Shown: positions 1 to 5,929, counted from the stretch's first letter. The stretch: 64,000 nucleotides of DNA from a virus (IMGVR_UViG_3300032330_001252:1-64000); one strand, 5' to 3'. Notes: a model not told the origin generated them from the sequence alone. Numbers and translations are program-made.

Positions 1-192
1 GGAGTTTATGAGAAAAAAACTTATGTAAACAAGCGTGGCGAGCTGCCGGTGAAAAAATCCGAGCATATTGAACGCATTGCAGAGCTGTTGGACGTAAATT
101 CGGAAGTATTGGAAAGCTTGGAGAAGGTAAACAAGCAGGTACTTAAGTTAATTGAACTTAAATTGACCGAATCTGACCCTAAATCGGAATAA
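1..192 (+). CDS. A2-like DNA-binding protein, 3' part (5'-truncated by the window edge; not in the ORF track)
   Basis: Frame 1 reads GVYEKKTYVNKRGELPVKKSEHIERIAELLDVNSEVLESLEKVNKQVLKLIE...*. It aligns by eye with the C-terminal halves of the ORFs at 1089, 2134 and 6450 (VY..K..VKK...IA..L....SLEKAN). Confidence 0.8.
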   Translation, partial: GVYEKKTYVNKRGELPVKKSEHIERIAELLDVNSEVLESLEKVNKQVLKLIELKLTESDPKSE

Positions 193-220
193 TTTGACAT
201 AATTTCGCTTAAATAGACTT

Positions 221-255
221 AAGCCCCCTTAGTTTGACACTTTGGGGGCTTTTTT
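221..255 (+). terminator. Rho-independent terminator
   Basis: AAGCCCCC/GGGGGCTT stem followed by a T-run, just after the 1..192 ORF. Confidence 0.7.
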
Positions 256-305
256 GCGCGTGCGAACAATTGCTGCAGTTTAGGGTCAGAATCTAGAAAA
301 TCCAC

Positions 306-340
306 TTGACAAACTAGGTCCAGCACTGGTAAAATGGCGC
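306..340 (+). promoter_or_regulatory. sigma70-like promoter with 18-bp spacer (repeat module copy 1)
   Basis: TTGACA 306-311, TAAAAT 330-335, then GGCGC. Confidence 0.55.
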
Positions 341-375
341 AGGCACGTCCAAATTTTTCATGGTGATTCGCACAG

Positions 376-417
376 ACAAAACAAAGCCCCTGCGCACACA
401 TAGGTGGAGGGGCTTTG
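376..417 (-). terminator. Rho-independent terminator ending the leftward non-coding transcript
   Basis: CAAAGCCCCT/AGGGGCTTTG 10-bp stem, followed by UUUUGU on the minus strand. Confidence 0.7.
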
Positions 418-684
418 AACTGCGCTAGTTTTTTGCTCTAACAGGATTTATAGAACTACCAAACCTGACCCTAAACCGTCACAAGCCTTAGCCAGGTAGT
501 TAATCTGGAGTCTGCTATCGAGTAGGGGAGACTAATAGGTTGTCGCATTTGCTAGCGGTTTAATGCAGTTGTCTCTGGTTGGATATATTTTTTGCACCCT
601 CCGCAACTTAGGGTCATGTTCGTGGGGTATAGGCGTGACACGGTGCCTTGAACTAATATAGATACAACCGCCGTTGCATCGTGG

Positions 685-777
685 TCCAGACCTCCAGGTG
701 TTGCTAGTGGATATTAATCGAACACTAGCACCGCGCTCCTGGAAGTTTCGCCCAACTTGCATGGGCTCATCAGTGGA
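685..777 (-). ncRNA. Type I hammerhead ribozyme
   Basis: Minus strand reads UCCA-CUGAUGA-GCCCA(UGCAAGU)UGGGC-GAAA-CUUCCAGG...CCUGGAGG-UC/UGGA. All core nucleotides and stems I, II and III are present, with a GUC cleavage triplet and predicted cut between 689 and 688. Confidence 0.85.
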
Positions 778-860
778 ATAGGGAGGCGACCGCTAGAGAC
801 TTCCTCGGTCATTAAGATGCTATCCCTTAGGCGGGACTCATATCACCAATTTATATAATA

Positions 861-889
861 ATTATACACTAAAAGTGGACAATAATCAA
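861..889 (-). promoter_or_regulatory. sigma70 promoter driving the hammerhead-containing RNA
   Basis: TTGATT-17bp-TATAAT on the minus strand. Confidence 0.75.
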
Positions 890-892
890 GTA

Positions 893-1027
893 AATAAAAA
901 CAGTCGTTGCAACTAGACTACCTTACGAAATGGACTTCTGGTTTTTGTCAAGGGTTGAGTAAGTGTTCTTGTGCGTGCGGGCGGCAGCTTGCGCTGTCAT
1001 TCATTAAGCCCTTCCCGACTGTTTATA
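893..1027 (-). ncRNA. Putative structured small RNA (~130 nt)
   Basis: Begins at the predicted +1 of the 1033-1061 promoter. Its 5' and 3' ends pair (AAACAGUCG/CGACUGUUU), it contains an internal CAGC-GCAA-GCUG GNRA hairpin, and it has no ORF. Confidence 0.5.
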
Positions 1028-1032
1028 GAATA

Positions 1033-1061
1033 ATTATACATGAAAAAGGGTCAGTAATCAA
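1033..1061 (-). promoter_or_regulatory. sigma70 promoter
   Basis: TTGATT-17bp-TATAAT; the spacer contains the CTGACCCT repeat. Confidence 0.75.
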
Positions 1062-1088
1062 GTGAAAATTTTCTGACCCTAAGTTCGA

Positions 1089-1397
1089 TCAACCACGCAG
1101 GTGTTGCAACAACACTTCCAAGACTTCGTGATTGGCTTTTTCCAAGCTGTCAAAGGTTTCAGGAGCAACGCCAATGCGGTTGGCAATTGCATCCACCAGC
1201 TCGGCTTTCTTAACACGAGCCACAGTGGTTTTGCTCTTGGCTTGGTACACGCCCTCACGGCTCAATTTTGCCACGATGCTTCGAGTAGATTTGCCCAGCT
1301 GGGTGGCCAGTGCTTCTACAGTTGCGCCCGCTTGGTAGCCGGCAACGAGAGCTGCGGTTTGCTCGGGGGTGTAGTTGGTTTTCGTAGCTTCAGTCAT
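1089..1397 (-). CDS. A2: T5 A2-like DNA-binding protein, paralog
   Basis: NYTPEQT..V..YQ.G..VE.LA..LGKS.RSIVAKLSREGVY resembles the A2 SVRSKL...AY motif; AAGGA RBS precedes the ATG at 1397. Confidence 0.7.
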   Translation of the reverse strand: MTEATKTNYTPEQTAALVAGYQAGATVEALATQLGKSTRSIVAKLSREGVYQAKSKTTVARVKKAELVDAIANRIGVAPETFDSLEKANHEVLEVLLQHLRG

Positions 1398-1438
1398 CAT
1401 ATGTCCTTTCAATTGGTTTCTGCGCTGTTTAAAGAATA

Positions 1439-1467
1439 ATTATACTGTTAAAATGGAACATCGTCAA
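1439..1467 (-). promoter_or_regulatory. sigma70 promoter for the A2-like gene
   Basis: TTGACG-17bp-TATAAT. Confidence 0.75.
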
Positions 1468-1582
1468 ATTCAAAAATTTCGCGGTGTGCGTTGGTATCTG
1501 CCAAAATTTCTGATACTTCTGCGTCCACAAATTCCGTGTACCAGGCTTCCTGGTCCATGCGGAAAAAATCATTGTCTGTCAT
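1448..1582 (-). CDS. 44-aa acidic peptide ending EFDDVPF (not in the ORF track)
   Basis: MTDNDFFRMDQEAWYTEFVDAEVSEILADTNAHREIFEFDDVPF*; GAAGGA RBS and its own promoter at 1610-1638. Confidence 0.75.
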   Translation of the reverse strand: MTDNDFFRMDQEAWYTEFVDAEVSEILADTNAHREIFEFDDVPF

Positions 1583-1609
1583 GTGCCATTCCTTCTAATC
1601 AATAAATAA

Positions 1610-1638
1610 ATTATACAGAATTCAAAAAACTTTTTCAA
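1610..1638 (-). promoter_or_regulatory. sigma70 promoter
   Basis: TTGAAA-17bp-TATAAT. Confidence 0.7.
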
Positions 1639-1686
1639 ATCCAAAATTTTGAATTTGCACTTGGTCTCACGCCCAGAAAAATTCAC

Positions 1687-1722
1687 TTGACACATATTGC
1701 TTTCGCACTGTATAATGGGCGC
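1687..1722 (+). promoter_or_regulatory. Antisense sigma70-like promoter with 18-bp spacer (copy 2)
   Basis: TTGACA 1687-1692, TATAAT 1711-1716, then GGGCGC. Confidence 0.6.
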
Positions 1723-1806
1723 GGCGGAACCCCCAAGATTTTGCACTTGTCAAGGTTTTCCACTGGCGCAGCCAAAATGGATGCGTTTTTGGTATGGTGG
1801 CACGCA

Positions 1807-1853
1807 AATAAGAATCATTCGCATTTGGTAGCGTAATGAGAATCGTTCTCATT
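1807..1853. promoter_or_regulatory. Two Fur-box-like palindromes
   Basis: AATAAGAATCATTCGCATT (1807-1825) and AATGAGAATCGTTCTCATT (1835-1853) match AATGATAATnATTATCATT at 14/18 and 15/18 positions. Confidence 0.5.
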
Positions 1854-1858
1854 TGGAG

Positions 1859-1921
1859 TTGGCACGGAAGTTGCTAATAGCAAGAATCATGCCAGGTGCC
1901 GTGGCGCAAGAATCGTGCCAA
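1859..1921. promoter_or_regulatory. Three sigma54 (-24/-12) consensus sites
   Basis: TTGGCACGGAAGTTGCT (+, 1859-1875), TGGCATGATTCTTGCT (-, 1879-1894) and TTGGCACGATTCTTGCG (-, 1905-1921); all have GG-N10-GC spacing. Confidence 0.6.
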
Positions 1922-1961
1922 CCTAGGTGTTGTTTTTTGCCAACATCAGGGAAAGTACCTA

Positions 1962-2027
1962 TTGACACGCTCCCAAAATTTATGTTATAATTTTGGCGCC
2001 AATAACCCTACTGGCGGTAGGGTTATT
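1962..2027 (+). promoter_or_regulatory. Antisense promoter module copy 3, plus hairpin
   Basis: TTGACA-18-TATAAT inside a CCAAAATT/AATTTTGG dyad, then GGCGCC and an AATAACCCTAC/GTAGGGTTATT hairpin. Confidence 0.65.
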
Positions 2028-2032
2028 AAGCG

Positions 2033-2057
2033 AAAAAAATCGGGCTTGCGCCCGATT
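2033..2057 (-). terminator. Rho-independent terminator
   Basis: AATCGGGC-GCAA-GCCCGATT followed by a U-run on the minus strand. Confidence 0.75.
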
Positions 2058-2058
2058 A

Positions 2059-2131
2059 AAAATGCCACGGGGATTTTAACCCCGATTCCCGATTATGTAA
2101 TCGGATATTAAATATTATATGATGGCATTTT
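2059..2131 (-). other. tRNA-shaped cloverleaf in a 3' UTR (not a canonical tRNA)
   Basis: 9-bp closing stem; arms of 4bp/8nt, 5bp/6nt and 5bp/7nt; 4-nt variable linker. Confidence 0.4.
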
Positions 2132-2133
2132 AT

Positions 2134-2460
2134 TTAAATTGGCTTTGAATTTGCCAATGCTTCGAAAATAACCCGCAAAGCATTTTTATTTGCTTTAGTT
2201 AATGATTCAATATCATTTTCGGGCATTTTCAAAATCGCACCGATTGCATCGGCATGAGCGTCTTTTTTAATTACCGATTCGCCAGTTTTGGTTTTATATT
2301 CTTTTGCAATATAAACCTTTTCGCGTGACAATTTAGCCACAACAGAACGAACAGTTTTACCGAGATTATCGGCAATAGTTTCAACAGAAACACCCGATTG
2401 ATAATCGGAAACCATTTTGAGCGTTTGCTCTGGAGTATAATTTACAGTTTTGGAAGCCAT
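2134..2460 (-). CDS. A2: T5 A2-like DNA-binding protein, paralog
   Basis: Same motif set (NYTPEQT, LGKTVRSVVAKLSREKVY, SLTKANK). Confidence 0.7.
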   Translation of the reverse strand: MASKTVNYTPEQTLKMVSDYQSGVSVETIADNLGKTVRSVVAKLSREKVYIAKEYKTKTGESVIKKDAHADAIGAILKMPENDIESLTKANKNALRVIFEALANSKPI

Positions 2461-2638
2461 TTTCTAACCCTTTCAAGATTGTTTAAAAATTAAATTATAG
2501 CAGATTTTCCAGAATTGTCAATAACCTATTTTTTGTGGGGTTATTCCGTTTTCCGTTTTTTCCCTGCTAAGGCTACATTGTACCACAAAATTTTGTTGTT
2601 TTTTAAACACACACGAAAAATAAGTTATACGAAAAAAC

Positions 2639-2706
2639 TTGACACGGGCCAAAATTATATGATATAATTTTGGCGCAAAATTTGAATACCTGAGTATTCA
2701 AATTTT
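2639..2706 (+). promoter_or_regulatory. Antisense promoter module copy 4, plus hairpin
   Basis: TTGACA-18-TATAAT inside the perfect dyad GCCAAAATTATAT-G-ATATAATTTTGGC, then GGCGC and a 13-bp hairpin AAAATTTGAATAC/GTATTCAAATTTT. Confidence 0.7.
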
Positions 2707-2708
2707 AT

Positions 2709-2924
2709 TTAAACAAAAGCATTATAAATGCCGATTAAATTTGCGATAAAAAATGTACCATTTAAAACGCCCAAGGCTTTATCTTTGCGAATAATAGAAA
2801 CAAAAAGCCAAGAAACCGAACCAATTAGAAAACAAAGGTATCCAATTTTGAAGAATTGCATTGCAACAGCAAAAGAACCAAAAATACTAGTTGCAGTGCC
2901 AAGCCAAGAAACAAAAGTAATCAT
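2709..2924 (-). CDS. Small 3-TM membrane protein (SemiSWEET/PnuC-like half-transporter architecture)
   Basis: 71 aa with three hydrophobic segments; GGAG RBS; start overlaps the upstream stop (ATGA). Confidence 0.55.
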   Translation of the reverse strand: MITFVSWLGTATSIFGSFAVAMQFFKIGYLCFLIGSVSWLFVSIIRKDKALGVLNGTFFIANLIGIYNAFV

Positions 2925-3301
2925 TTTCTCAAAATCTCCATTGAGTGATATTTTTCGGGTTTAAGCCCATATTGTAGCATAAGATTTTGCCAATTTCTAC
3001 CATGCCCACAACTTTTTTCTGATTCTCCGAATAGGTCAAAATCGGCTTGGTGAATAATCTCATGAGGCAAAATTTGTGCAAACATTTGTTTGCGGTATTC
3101 TGCCGAATGTAAGAAAAATTTATAACCTAATTTTACAATGCGGGTTTCTTGGTGACACATTCCAGCCGAACGCCACAATCTAGCACACAAAGTAATTACA
3201 GGCGGATTAAATTTGCATAGTTTTGGTTGCAATTCGCAAAGCGAATCCCAAATCATAGCGGTTTCACGCTCTAGCAAGGTCTGAAGTGTTTTTCTATCCA
3301 T
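2921..3301 (-). CDS. SprT-like zinc metalloprotease
   Basis: HEIIH motif plus downstream HGxxW, and a SAG motif; probable start MDRK at 3301. Confidence 0.75.
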   Translation of the reverse strand: MDRKTLQTLLERETAMIWDSLCELQPKLCKFNPPVITLCARLWRSAGMCHQETRIVKLGYKFFLHSAEYRKQMFAQILPHEIIHQADFDLFGESEKSCGHGRNWQNLMLQYGLKPEKYHSMEILRK

Positions 3302-3379
3302 ACGCAAATTATACCCGAAAAAAGCCCAAAACAGTGTTGTTTTTTAAACACACACAAAAAATAAGTTATTCGAAAATGC

Positions 3380-3468
3380 TTGACACCGCCGCCAAAATTA
3401 TGATATAATTTTGGCGCCCCAAAAGTAATACTTTTGTTTTCAATTTTTTCTGAAAACCAAAGTATTAC
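3380..3468 (+). promoter_or_regulatory. Antisense promoter module copy 5, plus long hairpin
   Basis: TTGACA-18-TATAAT inside a CGCCAAAATTAT/ATAATTTTGGCG dyad, then GGCGCC; hairpin at 3425-3468. Confidence 0.7.
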
Positions 3469-3472
3469 AGTA

Positions 3473-3721
3473 TTATTTTTTCGGGAATAATTTAAAATAA
3501 ATAATAACCGATAAAAATATTATATTTGCCGAATAATTAATTAATAATGGCAAATCCATTTTGGGCAATATATAAATAAATGTGAATATCTCGCCCCAAA
3601 ACCATAAACCAATAAATCCCCAAGTTAATCCCTCAGATGATTTTGTTTTAAATGATTCTATGGCTTGCGGTAATCCGCATATTGCCAACATAATCGAACC
3701 AATATAACCTAGAGTTTCCAT
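3473..3721 (-). CDS. SemiSWEET / PQ-loop family membrane protein
   Basis: LGYIGSIMLAICGLPQAIESFKTKSSEGLT: the PQ motif after TM1 and an S.EG(L)S/T-type loop; 3 TM segments. Confidence 0.75.
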   Translation of the reverse strand: METLGYIGSIMLAICGLPQAIESFKTKSSEGLTWGFIGLWFWGEIFTFIYILPKMDLPLLINYSANIIFLSVIIYFKLFPKK

Positions 3722-3755
3722 TTTATTATAATCGGGGTTATTAGCCCCGATTATC

Positions 3756-4454
3756 TCATTTTGCAATAAAGTGATCTTTTACTTGAAAATCTTGCCAAGC
3801 ATAAGGCTTGATATTATCTCGCCAATTACGCTTTTTAATAATATGCGAGAGAATCGGCAATTCAAAATCTCGGGCATCTTCTAATGCGGTATGAGGTTCA
3901 ATAATAATATTATTATTAATAAAACCGCATACAATCTCGGCATTTGTTTTGAATGTCATATTACCATTTTTAGTGGTATTATTAAATGCGTGATTATCAA
4001 GGGCAAATTGTTTAAATGCTTTTTTATTGCAAATATTACCGATTGATGCTTGCCACAAACAAAAGCGATTATTAAAACCCGATAAATCAATACCAGTATT
4101 TGCACATTTTGACAAATCAAAAGCAAGATTATATGCAGTTAATGAGGGATTATATTTGCCAATGGCTTGATTAATCCATTTATTAATTGCATTTACTGAT
4201 GCAAGCATACGCACGCCAGATTCTAGCATTGCATTATAACCCGCTTTGCGTTTTTCCAAACCCGCATAACCCCAAATATCATTTGCGTTTTTATCGTGGA
4301 ATAATTCCATTGTGTTATAATGTCCAGCGACCAAAACCGCGCATTGATTATAAATGCGACCCTCACGATCACAAATCACAATGGCAAAATCTGCCACAGT
4401 GTCATTAATGGTTGTCTCAGTGTCGAGAATTGCAAAAAACTGTTTTTTAGCCAT
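3756..4454 (-). CDS. DEDDh 3'-5' exonuclease (DnaQ-like)
   Basis: ILDTETT (ExoI), AYNLAFD (ExoII), HTALEDA (ExoIII). Confidence 0.8.
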   Translation of the reverse strand: MAKKQFFAILDTETTINDTVADFAIVICDREGRIYNQCAVLVAGHYNTMELFHDKNANDIWGYAGLEKRKAGYNAMLESGVRMLASVNAINKWINQAIGKYNPSLTAYNLAFDLSKCANTGIDLSGFNNRFCLWQASIGNICNKKAFKQFALDNHAFNNTTKNGNMTFKTNAEIVCGFINNNIIIEPHTALEDARDFELPILSHIIKKRNWRDNIKPYAWQDFQVKDHFIAK

Positions 4455-4567
4455 TGTGTGCTTTGTGTGTTGTTGAAGTCTAGATTATACCCGAAAAAAT
4501 CGCCCCATGCACAAAAATTTTAAAAATATTTTTTTGTTGTATTTATGCAAATTAGGGGTTTTCCCTA

Positions 4568-4640
4568 TTGACACGCCCCAATTTTATATGATAAAATTGG
4601 CGCCTCAAATTGGAAACAAAAGTATTCATTTCCAATTTGA
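4568..4640 (+). promoter_or_regulatory. Antisense promoter module copy 6, plus hairpin
   Basis: TAGGG/CCCTA dyad, then TTGACA-18-TAAAAT inside a CCAATTTTAT/ATAAAATTGG dyad, GGCGCC, and a 12-bp hairpin TCAAATTGGAAA/TTTCCAATTTGA. Confidence 0.7.
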
Positions 4641-4651
4641 AAACAAAAGGC

Positions 4652-5128
4652 TTAATGCCCTTGTTTGCTTGGGACATATACGCCCCGAATATTAAAACGA
4701 TCACAAACCGCTTTCAAATAATTTACATTATCCTCATAAAATGTAAATTCAGCATCTTTGAAATTATTTAAATTAAAGAATTTAGTTAATCCATTAATTT
4801 TTAATGTACCGCCCGAAATAGAATCACCATCTTTGCGAGAAATAATATAATCGGGTTCGCCTAGAATATCATTAATAAATGTATAATCAGCGGTACGCAA
4901 AACACGGGCAGTAGCAATAATGACATAACAATTTTCATCTCGCAAATCTTTTTTATATTGTTCTGCAAGTGGCAATAATGAATCATCCATTGCCCTATAT
5001 TCATTTTCACGCCAATAACCCAAGTCGATACGCTCGCCATTGGAATCAATAATTGTGCGATAGCGATGCAAACTGCAAACGATTGTGCCGTCCATGTCAT
5101 AAATTGAAACCCTTGTAATTTTAGCCAT
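4652..5128 (-). CDS. HAD-superfamily phosphatase
   Basis: Motif I DMDGT, motif II ATAR, motif IV YEDN; AAGGAA RBS. Confidence 0.75.
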   Translation of the reverse strand: MAKITRVSIYDMDGTIVCSLHRYRTIIDSNGERIDLGYWRENEYRAMDDSLLPLAEQYKKDLRDENCYVIIATARVLRTADYTFINDILGEPDYIISRKDGDSISGGTLKINGLTKFFNLNNFKDAEFTFYEDNVNYLKAVCDRFNIRGVYVPSKQGH

Positions 5129-5243
5129 TTAGATCATTCCTTGTTGTCAATGATGTGATTATACACGAAAAAACGCCTATGCAACAAAAATTTTGCAAAT
5201 TTGCAAAAATACAACATTAGGGAAAACCCCTAGCAAAAAATCC

Positions 5244-5330
5244 TTGACACGCCCCAATTTTATGTGATAAAATTGGCGCCTCAAAAAGTAATACATTTGT
5301 TTTCAATTTTTTCTGAAAACAAAAGTATTA
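5244..5330 (+). promoter_or_regulatory. Antisense promoter module copy 7, plus hairpin
   Basis: TTGACA-18-TAAAAT inside a dyad, then GGCGCC; 5284-5330 matches 3421-3467 at 45 of 47 nt. Confidence 0.7.
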
Positions 5331-5333
5331 AAT

Positions 5334-5495
5334 TTAATCAACCTGAATATCTACAATTTTGCTATCACGCAAAATAAAATACATATCAACCAAACCCATG
5401 CTAACCCAAACGCAATTATTGCCATTTCGCATAGCGTAAGGCTTACCCGAATATTTAGTATCCATGTAATTTTTTACAATGTCAAAATCAGTCAT
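5334..5495 (-). CDS. Hypothetical protein, 53 aa (not in the ORF track)
   Basis: MTDFDIVKNYMDTKYSGKPYAMRNGNNCVWVSMGLVDMYFILRDSKIVDIQVD*; ATGA overlap with the upstream stop. Confidence 0.6.
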   Translation of the reverse strand: MTDFDIVKNYMDTKYSGKPYAMRNGNNCVWVSMGLVDMYFILRDSKIVDIQVD

Positions 5496-5575
5496 TTTGT
5501 AAACCATTTCAAAAGTGAAATTTTAGCATAAACAAACACAGCAAAAGCAATCGCCCAAAAAATAAATTCTAGCAT
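5492..5575 (-). CDS. 27-aa single-TM peptide (not in the ORF track)
   Basis: MLEFIFWAIAFAVFVYAKISLLKWFTK*; GAGGA RBS. Confidence 0.55.
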   Translation of the reverse strand: MLEFIFWAIAFAVFVYAKISLLKWFTK

Positions 5576-5577
5576 TT

Positions 5578-5802
5578 TTAATCCTCAATCATTGGCAAAT
5601 CAGAACCCCAACCCTCAGCAATTTTTTGCTCAGGTGTCATATTATCAATGAATTTGCATAAACTGTCAAATTCTTTTTGCAAAAATTCTCTAGAATCCCA
5701 TTCTTGTTGGGTGAAGTGTCGGGGACGCATCCCATGCACATCTTTGTAAAAATCCCAAATTGTGGATTGCATTTGTTGAATTGTTGTAAATTCGTTAAAC
5801 AT
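5578..5802 (-). CDS. Hypothetical phage protein with a DFYKDVHGMRPR motif
   Basis: GAGGAA RBS places the start at MFNEF (5802); the motif type is common in phage hypotheticals. Confidence 0.65.
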   Translation of the reverse strand: MFNEFTTIQQMQSTIWDFYKDVHGMRPRHFTQQEWDSREFLQKEFDSLCKFIDNMTPEQKIAEGWGSDLPMIED

Positions 5803-5803
5803 T

Positions 5804-5929
5804 TTATTCCTCAGAAAAGAATTGTTCCAATGCGCCCATGTATTCAGCCATGTTTGCAAATTGCAAACCATGACGATCACAGAAGCGATGAAATCGGCTA
5901 ATTTGTTGTTCAGTGTATTTTGTTTTCAT
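5804..5929 (-). CDS. Hypothetical 41-aa protein, probably leaderless
   Basis: MKTKYTEQQISRFHRFCDRHGLQFANMAEYMGALEQFFSEE*; the ATG lies 7 nt after TATAAT of TTGACT-18-TATAAT (5936-5965). Confidence 0.55.
   Translation of the reverse strand: MKTKYTEQQISRFHRFCDRHGLQFANMAEYMGALEQFFSEE

Larger units (their letters stand above)
172..1082. repeat. Dispersed (T)CTGACCCTAA(A) motif in both orientations
   Basis: Copies at 172-183(+), 279-290(-), 465-475(+), 608-616(-), 1047-1054(-) and 1072-1082(+); one more at 7144-7153(+). Confidence 0.7.

Noticed and set aside
481-540. tRNA or HDV/theta ribozyme in the hairpins at 490-535
   Set aside because: Two hairpins are present (CCAG/CTGG, AGTCT/AGACT), but there is no T-loop, acceptor stem or nested double pseudoknot
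532-762. 76-aa ORF overlapping the hammerhead
   Set aside because: It has no RBS, atypical composition, and starts inside stem II; the RNA structure explains the sequence better
985-1015. Twister ribozyme (UAAUGAA plus hairpin on the minus strand)
   Set aside because: The conserved GGUC..AAGCCC segment and the pseudoknot partners are absent
2059-2131. Bona fide tRNA-Met gene
   Set aside because: The anticodon loop is 6 nt, and there is no D-loop GG, no TTC in the T-loop and no CCA; kept only as a tRNA-shaped element
3728-3754. 10-bp hairpin ATAATCGGGG/CCCCGATTAT as a terminator
   Set aside because: No U-tract on the coding strand; it may be a processing site, but there is no further support
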